The notes: generated by a model from the letters alone, not told the origin. Shown: positions 49,279 through 61,347, counted from the stretch's first letter. The stretch: 64,000 nt of DNA from Alphaproteobacteria bacterium (GCA_965243135.1 OZ251539.1:4512001-4576000), one strand, 5' to 3'. Program-made: numbers and translations.

Positions 49279-52004
49279 CGGCAAGCGACGGAATTCGCTT
49301 CTCCCTCGACGGACGCCCGGCGGTGGCGCGGCCGGACGAAACCATATGGCAGGTCGCGCGGCGAATGGGGACCGAGATCCCTCATCTCTGCCATGCGCCG
49401 GAACCGGGATATCGCGCCGACGGCAACTGCCGCGCCTGCATGGTCGATATCGAGGGCGAACGCGCGCTCGCGGCTTCCTGCATCCGCCGCCCCTCGGAGG
49501 GCATGACGGTCCGCACCGCAAGCGAGCGAGCGGCGGCGGCGCGGCGCATGGTGTTCGAATTGCTCGCGGCGGACCAGCCGGCGACGGACCGCGACACCGC
49601 GTACAAGCGCTGGGCCGACCGCCTCGGCGTCTCGGGCAGCCGCTTTCCGGCGAGGCCGCCTCCCGCCCCCGACCTTTCCCATCCAGCCATGGCCGTTAAC
49701 CTGGACGCCTGCATCAACTGCACGTTGTGCGTCCGCGCTTGCCGCGAGGTTCAGGTGAACGACGTGATCGGCATGGCCGCCCGCGGAGCGGACGCGCGGA
49801 TCGTATTCGACTTCGACGACCCCATGGGCGACAGCACCTGCGTCGCATGCGGCGAGTGCGTGCAGGCTTGTCCGACCGGCGCCCTGCTGCCGGCCGCCAT
49901 CGCCTCCGAAGACGCGAGCGTCGACCGAACGGTCGATTCCATCTGCCCGTATTGCGGCGTCGGCTGTCAACTCGCGTACCACGTCAAGGACGACAAACTG
50001 TTGTTCGTCGAGGGACGGGACGGCCCCGCCAACCACAAACGGCTCTGCGTCAAAGGCCGGTTCGGCTTCGACTACGTCCATCATCCCCACCGCCTGACGG
50101 TTCCGCTGGTCCGGCGAAGCGGCGCGCCGAAGAGTGCGGATCTGGCTCTGGATCCCGCGGACCCTTCGACCTGCTTCCGCGAAGCGAGTTGGGACGAGGC
50201 GCTGGACGCGGCCACCGCCGGACTGAAGAAGGTCATCGACCGGCATGGCGGGCAGGCGCTGGCGGGCTTCGGCTCCGCGAAGGGGTCCAACGAGGAAGCC
50301 TATCTGTTCCAGAAACTTGTCCGCGCCGGTTTCGGAACCAACAACGTCGATCACTGCACCCGGTTGTGTCACGCATCGTCGGTCGCGGCCCTGATGGAGA
50401 CCGTGAATTCGGGAGCGGTCTCGGCGCCGTTCTCGGAATGCGCCAATTCCGACGTGATCGTCGTCATCGGCGCCAACCCGACCGTCAACCATCCGGTGGC
50501 CGCCACGTTCTTCAAGAACGCGGCGAAGAACGGCGCGAAACTGATCGTCATGGATCCGCGCGGACAGGCGCTGGCGCGGCACGCGACGCACATGGTGAAG
50601 TTCCGGCCGGGCGCCGACGTGGCGTTGCTCAACGCGATGATGCACGCGATCGTCGAAGAAGGCCTGACCGACCGGCAATTCATCGACGGGTACACCGAGG
50701 GGTTCGCCGAAATGGAGGCGCACCTCGCAAAATTCGCGCCGGAGAAAATGACCGCCCACGTCGACGTCGACGCGGACGAGATCCGGCATCTCGCGCGGCT
50801 CTACGCCAAGGCGGAAAACGCCATCATCTTCTGGGGCATGGGCATTTCCCAGCACGTGCACGGCACCGACAACGCCCGTTGCCTGATAGCGCTTTCGCTG
50901 ATGACCGGCCAGATCGGCCGGCCGGGCACCGGACTCCATCCCCTGCGGGGTCAGAACAACGTTCAGGGCGCTTCCGACGTCGGCCTTATCCCGATGATGT
51001 ATCCCTCCTACCGGTCGGTCGCGGATCCCGACGCGCGGGCGGACTTCGAGAAACTCTGGAAAACGCCCCTCGATCCGGCCCCCGGCCTTACGGTCGTCGA
51101 GATCATGAACGCGATCCGCGCCGGGAAAATTCGCGCGATGTACATCATGGGCGAAAACCCGGCCATGTCCGACCCCGACGCGCAGCATGCGCGGGAGGCG
51201 CTCGCGGCGCTCGACCACCTCGTCGTCCAGGACCTCTTCCTGACGGAAACCGCGTTCCATGCCGACGTCGTCCTGCCGGCCAGCGCGTTTCCCGAGAAGG
51301 ACGGGACCTTCACCAACACCAACCGGCAGGTTCAGATGGGACGCAAGGCGCTGCCGCTGCCCGGGGACGCCCGCCAGGATCTCTGGATCATTCAGGAGAT
51401 CGCGCGCCGCATCGGCCTCGACTGGCGGTACGACGGTCCCGCCGACGTCTTTGCGGAAATCCGCGAATGCATCGCGCCGATGCGCGGAATCACTTGGGAC
51501 CGCCTGATGCGGGAGCACTCGGTAACCTATCCGGTCGATCGCGAGGACGAACCCGGCCGCGACGTCATCTTCGAGGACGGATTCCCCACCGCGTCGGGCC
51601 GCGGCAAGTTCGTGCCCGCGGAACTGGAGCCGCCCGACGAACCGCCCGACGACGACTACCCGCTGGTGCTCACGACGGGACGCCTTCTCGAGCATTGGCA
51701 CACCGGCGCCATGACGCGCCGCTCGATAGTTCTCGACGAGATAGAACCCGAAGCGTCGGCGGCGCTCGCGCCGACCGAATTGCGCGAACGCGGAATCGCG
51801 CCGGGCGACAGGATCCGCGTGGAAACCCGCCGCGGCGCGATCGAACTAAGGGCGCGCGCCGACCGCGACGTGCCGGAAGGGATGGTCTTCATCCCGTTCT
51901 GCTACGCGGAAGCCGCCGCCAACGTCTTGACCAATCCGGCGCTCGACCCGGTCGGCAAGATTCCGGAGTTCAAGCTGTGCGCCGCGCGCATCGCCGCCGC
52001 ATGA
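49275..52004 (+). CDS. fdhF: Formate dehydrogenase alpha subunit (Cys-type)
   Basis: N-terminal Fe-S clusters, CPYCGVGC, LCVKGRFG, DHCTRLCHASS, LRGQNNVQG, LTTGR..HWHTG. Confidence 0.93.
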   Translation: MTASDGIRFSLDGRPAVARPDETIWQVARRMGTEIPHLCHAPEPGYRADGNCRACMVDIEGERALAASCIRRPSEGMTVRTASERAAAARRMVFELLAADQPATDRDTAYKRWADRLGVSGSRFPARPPPAPDLSHPAMAVNLDACINCTLCVRACREVQVNDVIGMAARGADARIVFDFDDPMGDSTCVACGECVQACPTGALLPAAIASEDASVDRTVDSICPYCGVGCQLAYHVKDDKLLFVEGRDGPANHKRLCVKGRFGFDYVHHPHRLTVPLVRRSGAPKSADLALDPADPSTCFREASWDEALDAATAGLKKVIDRHGGQALAGFGSAKGSNEEAYLFQKLVRAGFGTNNVDHCTRLCHASSVAALMETVNSGAVSAPFSECANSDVIVVIGANPTVNHPVAATFFKNAAKNGAKLIVMDPRGQALARHATHMVKFRPGADVALLNAMMHAIVEEGLTDRQFIDGYTEGFAEMEAHLAKFAPEKMTAHVDVDADEIRHLARLYAKAENAIIFWGMGISQHVHGTDNARCLIALSLMTGQIGRPGTGLHPLRGQNNVQGASDVGLIPMMYPSYRSVADPDARADFEKLWKTPLDPAPGLTVVEIMNAIRAGKIRAMYIMGENPAMSDPDAQHAREALAALDHLVVQDLFLTETAFHADVVLPASAFPEKDGTFTNTNRQVQMGRKALPLPGDARQDLWIIQEIARRIGLDWRYDGPADVFAEIRECIAPMRGITWDRLMREHSVTYPVDREDEPGRDVIFEDGFPTASGRGKFVPAELEPPDEPPDDDYPLVLTTGRLLEHWHTGAMTRRSIVLDEIEPEASAALAPTELRERGIAPGDRIRVETRRGAIELRARADRDVPEGMVFIPFCYAEAAANVLTNPALDPVGKIPEFKLCAARIAAA

Positions 52005-52007
52005 ACC

Positions 52008-52715
52008 TCACGAATTCGGCAATATCGTCGTCCGATCGAAATTGAGCGGAATCGCGTCCGCCGAAAAGGAAGCCGTGCGCGCGCGCCGCAGATCCGCATC
52101 GTCCATATGTTCCCGGATGAACGCGTCCAGATCGGCGCCGGGAGCGAGCCGGTCGCGGGCCAGGGAAAGAATTTCGGTCTGGGACCTGGCCGGCAGAACC
52201 CTGCCTTCGGCCGAAATCTCGGCGAGAGCCACCGGCGCGGCCCCTGAGTTAACGCAGCCGACGGTCGCGCTGTAGGACCAAGCGGTGCGCAGAACTTCTC
52301 CGGTTTCCGGTATTTCGACCCGGATTCCGTCGAGGCGGTCGAAGCTGTAGCTGCGCTCCGTCTCGTGCATGCGCTCGAGTTGCGCATCGTCGAGCCACAG
52401 CACATGGGCCGCGACGACGGCGCCGGGCGACGCGTAATAGGTCGCCGGGATCGAGCCGTAATGCGCGAAGTGGGCGGCATAGACCGTGTCGAAATCGTGA
52501 AGGACCGCTTTCTGCACCGGTATCACGGCGGAAACGTTCGCGTATTTGCGGGCGATCTGCTCGAAGGATTGGTTGGATCCGGCCGCGAGCACCGGGAGGC
52601 GTTCGCTTCGGTCGAAGCCGTCCAGCGGATCCGGAGATCCATCTCGAAAAAGATAGGATCGTCCGAGAACCGGAAACGGGTAGGATTTCGCGTGCGCAAC
52701 GGGGTCGTAGGTCAA
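52008..52715 (-). CDS. Conserved hypothetical protein (gamma-glutamylcyclotransferase-like)
   Basis: PVLAAGSN, YAAHF..YGSIPAT, QLERMHETE..Y. Confidence 0.6.
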   Translation of the reverse strand: MTYDPVAHAKSYPFPVLGRSYLFRDGSPDPLDGFDRSERLPVLAAGSNQSFEQIARKYANVSAVIPVQKAVLHDFDTVYAAHFAHYGSIPATYYASPGAVVAAHVLWLDDAQLERMHETERSYSFDRLDGIRVEIPETGEVLRTAWSYSATVGCVNSGAAPVALAEISAEGRVLPARSQTEILSLARDRLAPGADLDAFIREHMDDADLRRARTASFSADAIPLNFDRTTILPNS

Positions 52716-53188
52716 GACGGTCGCCTCTCGACGGCAAGAATGAAGGAGTATTGGCGCACGGCTTGGCGCTCACCGCCCCGGAGTCCGCCTCATCGTGCCC
52801 GGAATGAATGAATCCCGACAATTGCCCGGCCTCCGGCCATTTTACGGAGGCCGGACGTGGACTTCATCCAGAGACATCGCGTTTCCGCGGGGCGCTGTCA
52901 AACCGGGGCAACCTTGAACGGCCTGCGCTGTTTTTGACCGGCGGCCGCCTTTCACGCCGCTCCCGGCGGCGCGCTCACTTTTCCGCGGTCCGCAACGTCG
53001 CCGCGCTGCGCGCCTGACGGCCGAGCTTTTCGAAACGCTTGCGTCGCCGGGGGCGCGTCAAGCGCAACGCGGGCGGTCCCTGCCGCGAGGGCAGCACGGG
53101 TTGGCCGGCAAGTTAACGCGCCGGGCGGCGACTTCGAACTCCGGCTCGCTTGACCGGTACCGGCATCCTCGTGCACAAACGCCGGGCC

Positions 53189-54727
53189 ATGGCCTACGCC
53201 AACCTGCGAGAGTTCGTCGACCGGCTCGAACGCGAGAAACGGCTCGTCCGCGTGACCTCGCCCGTCTCCACCGTGCTGGAAATGACCGAGATCCAGACCC
53301 GCCTGCTGGCGGAAGAAGGTCCCGCGGTGCTGTTCGAAAACCCGACGGACGCGAACGGCGCGCCGCATGCGATGCCGGTGCTCGCGAACCTCTTCGGCAC
53401 CGTCGAACGGGTCGCATGGGGCATGGGCCGGACGCCCGAACGGCTGCGCGAACTCGGAGAAACCCTCGCCTTCCTGCGCCAGCCCGAACCGCCGGGCGGC
53501 TGGCGGGACGCCGTCGAAATGCTCCCCCTGCTGAAGTCCGCCATGGCCATGACGCCGCGCGCCGCGTCGCGGGCGCCCTGCCAGGAAATCGTCCTCGAAG
53601 GAGACGACGTCGATCTCGGGCGCCTGCCGGTCCAGACATGCTGGCCGGGGGAACCGGCGCCGCTGATCACCTGGCCCCTCGTCGTGACCGAAGGCGCGGA
53701 GGGAAAGGCGAACGTCGGCATCTACCGGATGCAGGTGACGGGCCGCGACACGGCGCTGATGCGCTGGCTCGCCCATCGCGGCGGCGCGCGGCACGCGGGG
53801 GAGGCCGCGCGGGCGGGCAGAACCGGCATTCCCGTGGCCGCGGTGATCGGCGCCGACCCCGCCACCGTCATCGCCGCCGTCGCGCCCGTCCCGGAAACCA
53901 TGTCCGAATTCCAGTTCGCCGGACTCCTGCGCAATTCGAAGGTGACGCTCGCCGATTGCAAAACCGTGCCGCTCAAGGTTCCGGCGGAAGCGGAAATCGT
54001 TCTCGAAGGCCATGTGCGCCTCGACGAAAGCGGTCTCGAAGGCCCCTACGGCGACCATACGGGCTACTACAACGCCGCCGAACGGTTCCCCGTCTTCCGG
54101 ATTTCGGCGATCACGATGCGCAGGGATCCGATCTACCTCACGACCTTCACCGGACGACCGCCCGACGAGCCGTCCGTGCTCGGCCGGGCGCTCAACGACG
54201 TCTTCGCGCCGCTCCTGATTCGGCAGTTTCCCGAAATCGTCGATTTCTGGCTGCCTCCGGAAGCCTGCTCCTACCGTCTAGCCGTGGTTTCCATCAAAAA
54301 GGAATACCCGGGCCACGCAAGGCGGATCATGATGGGGCTGTGGTCTTGCCTCAGGCAATTCATGTATACCAAGTTCGTGATCGTCGTGGATCACGATGTC
54401 GATCCGCGCCGCTGGGACGACGTGATCTGGGCGATCGCCACCAATGTCGACGCAGCCCGCGACATCGCCGTAATCGAGGGGACGCCGATCGACTACCTCG
54501 ATTTCGCGTCGCCGGCGGCCGGGCTGGGCGCCAAGATGGGGATCGACGCGACCGCCAAGATCCCGCCCGAAACCGAGCGGGAATGGGGGCGGCGCATCCG
54601 CATGACCGACGACGTGATCGAGGAGGTCACGCGAAAGTGGCGCGAATACGGCCTGCCGGGAAACGGCAGGCCGATCTGGAAAGCCGAGCCCGGCGCGCCG
54701 CCGGGAAGAGAGGGCGCATGCAGCTGA
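53189..54727 (+). CDS. ubiD: UbiD-family prFMN decarboxylase
   Basis: [54 protein letters not shown]. Confidence 0.95.
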   Translation: MAYANLREFVDRLEREKRLVRVTSPVSTVLEMTEIQTRLLAEEGPAVLFENPTDANGAPHAMPVLANLFGTVERVAWGMGRTPERLRELGETLAFLRQPEPPGGWRDAVEMLPLLKSAMAMTPRAASRAPCQEIVLEGDDVDLGRLPVQTCWPGEPAPLITWPLVVTEGAEGKANVGIYRMQVTGRDTALMRWLAHRGGARHAGEAARAGRTGIPVAAVIGADPATVIAAVAPVPETMSEFQFAGLLRNSKVTLADCKTVPLKVPAEAEIVLEGHVRLDESGLEGPYGDHTGYYNAAERFPVFRISAITMRRDPIYLTTFTGRPPDEPSVLGRALNDVFAPLLIRQFPEIVDFWLPPEACSYRLAVVSIKKEYPGHARRIMMGLWSCLRQFMYTKFVIVVDHDVDPRRWDDVIWAIATNVDAARDIAVIEGTPIDYLDFASPAAGLGAKMGIDATAKIPPETEREWGRRIRMTDDVIEEVTRKWREYGLPGNGRPIWKAEPGAPPGREGACS

Positions 54728-56046
54728 CGCTTCTGTCCGACCTGATCGAAGCCGCCCGCAAGGCCGGAGCGGACGCGGCGGATGCCGCGGCGTTCAACGC
54801 GGCTTCCGTATCCGTGGCCTGGCGTCTCGGCAAGCTGGAGAAGCTGGAACGCTCGGAAAGCTGCGATCTCGGGCTTCGCGTTTTCGTCGGCAAGCGGCAG
54901 GCGACGGTGTCGTCGACGGATTTCAAGCCGGAGACGCTTAAGGAGGTCGTGGACCGCGCCGTGGCGATGGCCAAGGCGGCGCCGGAAGATCCCTATTGCG
55001 GCCTCGCCGAACCGGAGCAGATCGCCGTCGAGCCGCCCGCGATCGACATCTGCGACGGTCTGGAACCCGACACGCAAGCTTTGATCGACGATGTCCGCGA
55101 GGCCGAGGACGCCGCGCGTTCGGTTCCCGGAGTGACGAATTCGGAGGGATCGGAAGCCGGCTGGAGCCGGGCCGAGATCGCAATGGCCGCGACCAACGGA
55201 TTCGCCCGAACCTACGCCACGTCCAGCCACAGCCTGGCCGCATCCGTGCTAGCGGGCGAGGGCCTGGAAATGGAACGGGACTACGATTTCACGACAGCGG
55301 TTTACCGTTCGGATCTGGAAGCGCCGGCCGCGATCGGACGCAACGCCGGCGAACGGGCCGTGAAGCGCCTGAACGCGGCCAAGGTCGAAACGCAACAGGT
55401 TCCCGTAGTGTACGACCCGCGGGTCTCGGGCGGCCTCGTCCGCCACGCGGCAAGCGGCATCAACGGCGCGGCGATCGCGCGCGGCACGTCCTTTCTGAAG
55501 GATTCGATGGGCGAAAGGATCTTTCCGGAAGGCGTCGCCGTCGTCGACGACCCGCACCGCGTCCGCGGCCTGCGCTCCAAGCCCTTCGACGGCGAAGGAC
55601 TCCCGAACGCCCGCCGGGTTCTCTTCGAAAACGGCTCGCTCAAGACCTGGATCCTCGACCTTGCCTCGGCGAGGCAGCTCGGCCTTCAATCCACCGGCCA
55701 TGCCGCGCGCGGCACCGCCACGCCGCCCTCTCCCGCGGCCACCAACCTATACATGGAAGCGGGATCGCAAACGCCGGAAGAACTTCTCGGCGACATCAAG
55801 AACGGATTCTACGTGACCGAACTCATCGGCATGGGCGTGAACGTGGTGACCGGAGATTACAGCCGGGGCGCGAGCGGCTTCTGGATCGAGAACGGAGAGA
55901 TAACGCGCCCCGTCAGCGAAATGACCATCGCGGGCAACCTGAAGAACATGTTCGCCGCGCTCACGCCGGCGAACGATCTCGCCTTCCGGTTCGGCGTCGA
56001 CGCGCCCACGATCCGCGTCGACGGAATGACCGTCGCCGGAGTTTAG
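54718..56046 (+). CDS. pmbA: TldE/PmbA metalloprotease subunit
   Basis: [50 protein letters not shown]. Confidence 0.92.
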   Translation: MQLTLLSDLIEAARKAGADAADAAAFNAASVSVAWRLGKLEKLERSESCDLGLRVFVGKRQATVSSTDFKPETLKEVVDRAVAMAKAAPEDPYCGLAEPEQIAVEPPAIDICDGLEPDTQALIDDVREAEDAARSVPGVTNSEGSEAGWSRAEIAMAATNGFARTYATSSHSLAASVLAGEGLEMERDYDFTTAVYRSDLEAPAAIGRNAGERAVKRLNAAKVETQQVPVVYDPRVSGGLVRHAASGINGAAIARGTSFLKDSMGERIFPEGVAVVDDPHRVRGLRSKPFDGEGLPNARRVLFENGSLKTWILDLASARQLGLQSTGHAARGTATPPSPAATNLYMEAGSQTPEELLGDIKNGFYVTELIGMGVNVVTGDYSRGASGFWIENGEITRPVSEMTIAGNLKNMFAALTPANDLAFRFGVDAPTIRVDGMTVAGV

Positions 56047-56119
56047 CCGCGATTTTCTGGAAACACGGGGTTGCCGGCTCGTGCTATTCTGAAGCGCCGA
56101 CGGCCGCACGGAACGAATC

Positions 56120-57922
56120 TTGCCGAACGACTCGCGCCATTCCGGTCAGGAACTGAAGGATACCGGCCACGCCTCTTCGCGGGCGCTGGTCGAGCGCCTG
56201 GCCCGCGAACAGCTCGTCCCGCAACGACTGCGGATCGCGGCGGCCGCCGCCTGCATGATCCTCGTCGCCGCGGCGACGGCCGGCATGGTCTACCTGACGG
56301 GGCCCGTCATCGACGACGTGCTGATAGCCAGGGACCGGCAGATGCTTTACCTGGTGCCCGCCGTCGTCGTCGCGCTCGCCTTGCTCGGAGGAACGGCCGG
56401 ATACGCGGAAGCCGTCCTGATGGACCTCATCGGCCACCGCATGACGGCGAACCTCCAGGCGTCGATGTACGGCAGGACGATCCGCGCGGATCTCAGATTC
56501 TTTCACGACAACGCGGTTGGCCGGCTGGTCTCGCGGTTCATCAACGACGCGAACATGCTGCGCCATTCCGTGGCGAGGGCTCTGACCGGCCTCGTCAAGG
56601 ATTCGCTGACCGTTGCCGGCCTGCTCGCCGTTCTGTTCGTTAACAATTGGTTCCTCGCTTTTCTGACCGTGATCGTCTTCCCCGCATCGCTTTATCCGAT
56701 CGTGCGCATCGGCCGGCGGCTGCGGAAGATTTCCCGGAACACCCAGATCGAAACCGGCGAACTGACGACGCTGCTCGACGAAACCTTCCAGGGCGCCCGC
56801 CACGTGAAGGCGTACACGATGGAGGCGCACGAGACCTCCCGCGCGGCACGGGCGATCGAGACGGTCTACGACCTCTCGCGCAAGGCGGCGCGGGTGCAGG
56901 CCATCAGCCGGCCCCTGATGGAAACCCTGGGCGGCGTCGCGTTGGCTCTGGCGGTCTTCTACGGCGGCTTTCTGGTCATCGAAGGCACGATGACCGCCGG
57001 ATCCCTAGGCACGTTCATGGTCGCCCTGATCGCCGCCTACAAGCCGATGAAGAGCATCGCCAGCCTGAACGCAACGCTGCAGACGGGACTCGCCGCGGCG
57101 CAGCGGGTCTTCGACCTCCTCGACCGCAAGCCGTCGATCAACGACCGGGCCGGCGCGGAGCCGATCGGGACGGTCCGCGGCGAGATACGTTTCGAGGGCG
57201 TCTCCTTCAGCTACACGCCCGAAAGCGCCGCCCTCGACGGCATCGACCTCGACATCCCCGCCGGCGCCACGATCGCGCTGGTCGGCCCGTCCGGCGCGGG
57301 CAAGTCGACTGTCCTGAACCTCATACCGAGATTCTTCGACGCGGACCGCGGCGCGGTTCTGATAGACGGCCGCGACGTGCGCGACGTCACGCTCGGCAGC
57401 CTGCGCCGCAGCATCGCGCTGGTCAGCCAGGAGATATCCCTGTTCGACGAGACCGTTCGCGCCAACATCGCGTACGGCCGGCCCGCGGCGAGCGAAGCCG
57501 AGATCGCGGCGGCGGCCCGGAACGCCGGAGCGCACGAATTCATCATGGCGCTGCCGGACGGCTACGAAACCCGCGTCGGCGGGCGCGGAGTCAGGCTTTC
57601 GGGCGGCCAGCGGCAACGGATCGCCATCGCCCGCGCCATGATAAAGAACGCGCCGATCCTGCTGCTCGACGAAGCCACGTCGGCCCTCGACGCCGAAGCG
57701 GAACGAGTCGTCCAGGCGGCGCTGGCCCGCCTCAAGAAGGGCCGCACGACCGTGGTGATCGCCCACCGGCTGTCGACCATCGCCGACGCCGACGGCATCG
57801 TCGTCATGCAGAACGGCCGGATCGTCGAAACCGGCACTCATGCGGAACTGGTGACCAGCGGCGGCGCCTTCGCCCGCATGTTGCAGTTCGGCGGGGAAAC
57901 CCCCGCGCGGGCGAGCGCCTGA
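56120..57922 (+). CDS. msbA: MsbA-like lipid A export ABC transporter
   Basis: 6-TM domain, GPSGAGKST, LSGGQRQR, LLLDEATSALD; next to waaA/lpxK. Confidence 0.85.
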   Translation: MPNDSRHSGQELKDTGHASSRALVERLAREQLVPQRLRIAAAAACMILVAAATAGMVYLTGPVIDDVLIARDRQMLYLVPAVVVALALLGGTAGYAEAVLMDLIGHRMTANLQASMYGRTIRADLRFFHDNAVGRLVSRFINDANMLRHSVARALTGLVKDSLTVAGLLAVLFVNNWFLAFLTVIVFPASLYPIVRIGRRLRKISRNTQIETGELTTLLDETFQGARHVKAYTMEAHETSRAARAIETVYDLSRKAARVQAISRPLMETLGGVALALAVFYGGFLVIEGTMTAGSLGTFMVALIAAYKPMKSIASLNATLQTGLAAAQRVFDLLDRKPSINDRAGAEPIGTVRGEIRFEGVSFSYTPESAALDGIDLDIPAGATIALVGPSGAGKSTVLNLIPRFFDADRGAVLIDGRDVRDVTLGSLRRSIALVSQEISLFDETVRANIAYGRPAASEAEIAAAARNAGAHEFIMALPDGYETRVGGRGVRLSGGQRQRIAIARAMIKNAPILLLDEATSALDAEAERVVQAALARLKKGRTTVVIAHRLSTIADADGIVVMQNGRIVETGTHAELVTSGGAFARMLQFGGETPARASA

Positions 57923-57923
57923 C

Positions 57924-58634
57924 ATGGCCGCGGCGAAACGCCTGCTCCGCCGTCCCGCCGTCAACGCGGCGGCGGGCTGGCTCGCCGCCAAATATCTCCT
58001 GCTTGTCAAGGCGAGCAGCCGTTTCCGCATCGAGAACGGCGAGACGGTGACCGATTGCATCGATTCCGGCCGGCCGTTCATCATTTGCTTCTGGCACGGC
58101 CGGATGCTGTCGATTCCGGTCGCCGACATGTGCGGCGCGCCGATCAACGCTCTGGTCTCCTTCCACAGGGACGGGCTTTTTCTTTCGGGGGTGCTGCGGC
58201 GCCTGGGCATCAACACGATCTCTGGTTCGAGTTCGCGCGGCGGCGCGAACGCGTTGAAGGGCGTGATCCGGGCGCTTCGGCGGGGCGAGCCGGTCGCGAT
58301 CACGCCGGACGGGCCGCGCGGCCCCCGCATGCGGGCATCGCCGGGCGCGGTGCTTGCCGCGAAGCTTTCGGGCGCGCCGCTTCTCCCGGTGTCGGGCGGC
58401 TTGACGCGGCGCCGCGTCTTCCGCTCGTGGGACCGCTTCATGCTGCCGCATCCCTTCACGCGCGCGCTCGTTCGCTTCGGCCGTCCGATGGAGGTGTCGG
58501 CGACCGCCGACGAACGGGAACTCGACGAGGCGCGACGACGCCTGGAACGCGAACTCAATCGCCTCTCCCGCGAAATCGACGCCGAACTCGGCGTCGAAAC
58601 GGTCGAACCGGCGGAGGAGGCCGTTCCGGCATGA
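57924..58634 (+). CDS. DUF374 lysophospholipid acyltransferase-family protein
   Basis: FWHGR, S.HRDG, GSSSRGG, ITPDGPRGP, SWDRF.LP.PF. Confidence 0.88.
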   Translation: MAAAKRLLRRPAVNAAAGWLAAKYLLLVKASSRFRIENGETVTDCIDSGRPFIICFWHGRMLSIPVADMCGAPINALVSFHRDGLFLSGVLRRLGINTISGSSSRGGANALKGVIRALRRGEPVAITPDGPRGPRMRASPGAVLAAKLSGAPLLPVSGGLTRRRVFRSWDRFMLPHPFTRALVRFGRPMEVSATADERELDEARRRLERELNRLSREIDAELGVETVEPAEEAVPA

Positions 58635-59938
58635 GCGTTTCGGCCTACCGCGCCGCCACCCGGCTGGGCGCTCCGCTGATCCGCCGCTACCTTGATCGGC
58701 GCCGCGCCGCCGGACGCGAAGACGCCGCGCGCTTTCCGGAACGGATGGGCATCCCATCCCAAGCGCGAACCGACGGCCCGCTGGTCTGGCTCCACGCGGC
58801 CAGCCTCGGCGAATCGCTTTCCCTCCTCAGCGTGATCGAACGCCTCCGCCGAGAGAGGCCCGAGATCGCCTTGCTGATGACCTCGGGCACCGTCTCCTCC
58901 GCAAACGTTCTCGCCGACCGGCTGCCCGTCGGCGTCGTCCATCAGTACGCGCCGGTGGATCGGGTCCCTTGGGTACGCCGTTTTCTGGACCACTGGCGCC
59001 CCGATATGGCGCTCTGGGTCGAATCGGAATTCTGGCCGGCGATTTTGTCGGAGATCCGCTCGAGGCGCATACCGACCGTCCTGATGAACGCCCGCCTTTC
59101 GGACCGCTCCTGGCGGTTGTGGCGGCGTGCGCCGTGGATGATCCGCCCTCTGCTCCGCACGTTCGAACTCTGCATGGCGCAGTCCGAGCTCGACGCCGAC
59201 AGGCTGCGCGGCCTGGGCGCGCGGCGCGTGTCCTGCCCCGGCAACCTGAAATTCGCCGCGCCGCCGCTGCCCGCCCGGGAGGAGGCGCTCCGGGAGTTGT
59301 CCGCCGCCGTCTCGGCGCGGCCCCGATGGCTCGCCTTCAGCACGCATCCGGGCGAAGAGGAAATTCTGGCGCGCGCCCACCGTCTGCTCGCGCAGCGCGC
59401 GCCGGGCGTTCTCACGATGATCGCGCCGCGGCATCCGGCGCGCGGTCCGGCGATCGAGAACGCACTCCGGGCCGCCGGCCTGAACGCGGCGGTTTGGAGC
59501 CGACGGGAGACCGTCGAGGAAAGCACCGACGTCTTTCTGGCCGACACGATCGGCGAACTGGGACTGTTCTTCCGGACGACGGACATCGCGCTGGTCGGAG
59601 GCTCCCTGGTGCCCCACGGCGGCCAGAACCCGATCGAACCCGCGCTGCTCGATTGCGCTCTCCTTCACGGCCCGCACATGGAAAATTTCCTGGCGATCGA
59701 AGGCGAATTGCGAGCGGCCGGCGCCGCGGTCGCGGTGTCGACGCCGCAGGAGATCGCGCGCGAGGTCGGCCTTCTGACGTCGAATGCCGGGTACCGGCGC
59801 CGGCGCATGGTTGCGGCGAAGCAGGTCGCCGCAGGGAAACAGGCCATTCTCGACGCAGTGTTTTCCCATCTCGACGGCATCCTTAATCGCGTCTCTCCCG
59901 CTCGGCCGGTTCCGCTTTCCCGCAATGCGGGCGCCTGA
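58631..59938 (+). CDS. waaA: Kdo transferase
   Basis: VWLHAASLGE, HQYAPVD, ESEFWP, STHPGEE, APRHPAR, DTIGELG, GGQNPIEP. Confidence 0.95.
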   Translation: MSVSAYRAATRLGAPLIRRYLDRRRAAGREDAARFPERMGIPSQARTDGPLVWLHAASLGESLSLLSVIERLRRERPEIALLMTSGTVSSANVLADRLPVGVVHQYAPVDRVPWVRRFLDHWRPDMALWVESEFWPAILSEIRSRRIPTVLMNARLSDRSWRLWRRAPWMIRPLLRTFELCMAQSELDADRLRGLGARRVSCPGNLKFAAPPLPAREEALRELSAAVSARPRWLAFSTHPGEEEILARAHRLLAQRAPGVLTMIAPRHPARGPAIENALRAAGLNAAVWSRRETVEESTDVFLADTIGELGLFFRTTDIALVGGSLVPHGGQNPIEPALLDCALLHGPHMENFLAIEGELRAAGAAVAVSTPQEIAREVGLLTSNAGYRRRRMVAAKQVAAGKQAILDAVFSHLDGILNRVSPARPVPLSRNAGA

Positions 59939-60917
59939 GTTCTGGCGGCGGGACGGAGTCGTCCCGCGGCTGTTGACGCCCGCGTCGGCCGTTTGGCGCG
60001 CGGGCACCGCCGTCAAGCGGCGCTTCTCGGCGACGGCCCGGGTCGGCGCGCCGACGATCTGCGTCGGCAACGCCGTCGCCGGCGGAGCCGGCAAGACCCC
60101 GGTCGCGATCGCGATCGCGAAGGCGCTGGCCGCCCGCGGCGCGGCTCCTCATTTCCTGAGCCGGGGATACGGCGGTTCCGAACGCGGCCCCCTCCGGGTG
60201 AATCCCTCCGTTCACGACGCCGGACGGGTCGGCGACGAGGCGTTGCTGCTGGCGGCCGCGGCGCCTGCCTGGATCGCCCGCAACCGCGCCGCAGGCGCTC
60301 GCGCCGCAGCGGCAGGCGGCGCCGGAATCGTCGTCATGGACGACGGACTGCAGAACTTCGGCGTCGCCAAGGACTATGCGCTGCTCGTCATAGACGGCGG
60401 ATTCGGGTTCGGAAACGGGCGCGTCATGCCTGCGGGACCGCTGCGCGAGCCGATTCGCGACGTTATGCAGCGCGTCGACGCGGTCGTAATCGTCGGCGAG
60501 GACAGGCGCAACCTCGGGAAGGATCTGCAACCGCCGGTTCTTGCCGCCCGCTTCGTGCCGCTGCCCGGTTCCGAGTCGATCTCAGGGCGGCCAGTGGTCG
60601 CTTTCGCAGGCATCGGCCGCCCCGAGAAATTCTTCGAGACACTCGCGGGCATGGATTGCGATCTGGTCTCGGTCCGCCGCTTCCCGGACCATCACGCCTA
60701 TACGGCGGACGACGTGATGCGATGCGTCGAAGCGGCCGCGGCTGCCGGCGCCGTCGCGGTGACGACGGAAAAGGACGCCGTCCGGCTTCCGCCGGAGGCC
60801 CGCAACATGGTCGAAGTGCTGCGGGTCGGGCTTGAGTGGCGGAGCCCGGCGGCGTTCGACAGGATCGTCGAGCGAATGCCCGGCGAATCCGCTCCGCGCG
60901 GGCAGGCTCCGGCGTAA
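59925..60917 (+). CDS. lpxK: Tetraacyldisaccharide 4'-kinase
   Basis: CVGN..GGAGKTP, LSRGYGG, GDEALL, MDDGLQ, PAGPLRE, FPDHH, TTEKD. Confidence 0.95.
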   Translation: MRAPEFWRRDGVVPRLLTPASAVWRAGTAVKRRFSATARVGAPTICVGNAVAGGAGKTPVAIAIAKALAARGAAPHFLSRGYGGSERGPLRVNPSVHDAGRVGDEALLLAAAAPAWIARNRAAGARAAAAGGAGIVVMDDGLQNFGVAKDYALLVIDGGFGFGNGRVMPAGPLREPIRDVMQRVDAVVIVGEDRRNLGKDLQPPVLAARFVPLPGSESISGRPVVAFAGIGRPEKFFETLAGMDCDLVSVRRFPDHHAYTADDVMRCVEAAAAAGAVAVTTEKDAVRLPPEARNMVEVLRVGLEWRSPAAFDRIVERMPGESAPRGQAPA

Positions 60918-60933
60918 CTGCCGTCCCGACGAA

Positions 60934-61347
60934 TCAGATCGCCGCGATCGCCTGCACTTCGATCAGAAACGGTTCGCGAACAAGGCGGTCCACCATCAAC
61001 AGCGTATTCGGCGGATACCGGCCGTCCGGAAACATCGCCGGAAAATTCTCAAGCCGGTAGTCCATGAACCTCGGGATCCACTGCGATCCCAACAGATACG
61101 TGGTGAACTGGACGATGTTCGGCCACCCTGCGTCGGCGGACTCCAGAACCTTCTCGATGTTCCCGAAAACCTGACGGCATTGCGCCACGAAATCGAGATC
61201 GGCGCCGACGATGTTGCCGTCCTTGTCCGCCGACAGGGAACCGGCGATGAAGAGGAACTCGTTCGCCTTCACGCGGGCCACATGGGAATACTGTCCCATG
61301 GGCGCGCCCAGCGAATCCGGGTTGTAAACGTTTATCTCGGCGGTCAT
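60934..61347 (-). CDS. RidA/YjgF family protein
   Basis: [34 protein letters not shown]. Confidence 0.85.
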   Translation of the reverse strand: MTAEINVYNPDSLGAPMGQYSHVARVKANEFLFIAGSLSADKDGNIVGADLDFVAQCRQVFGNIEKVLESADAGWPNIVQFTTYLLGSQWIPRFMDYRLENFPAMFPDGRYPPNTLLMVDRLVREPFLIEVQAIAAI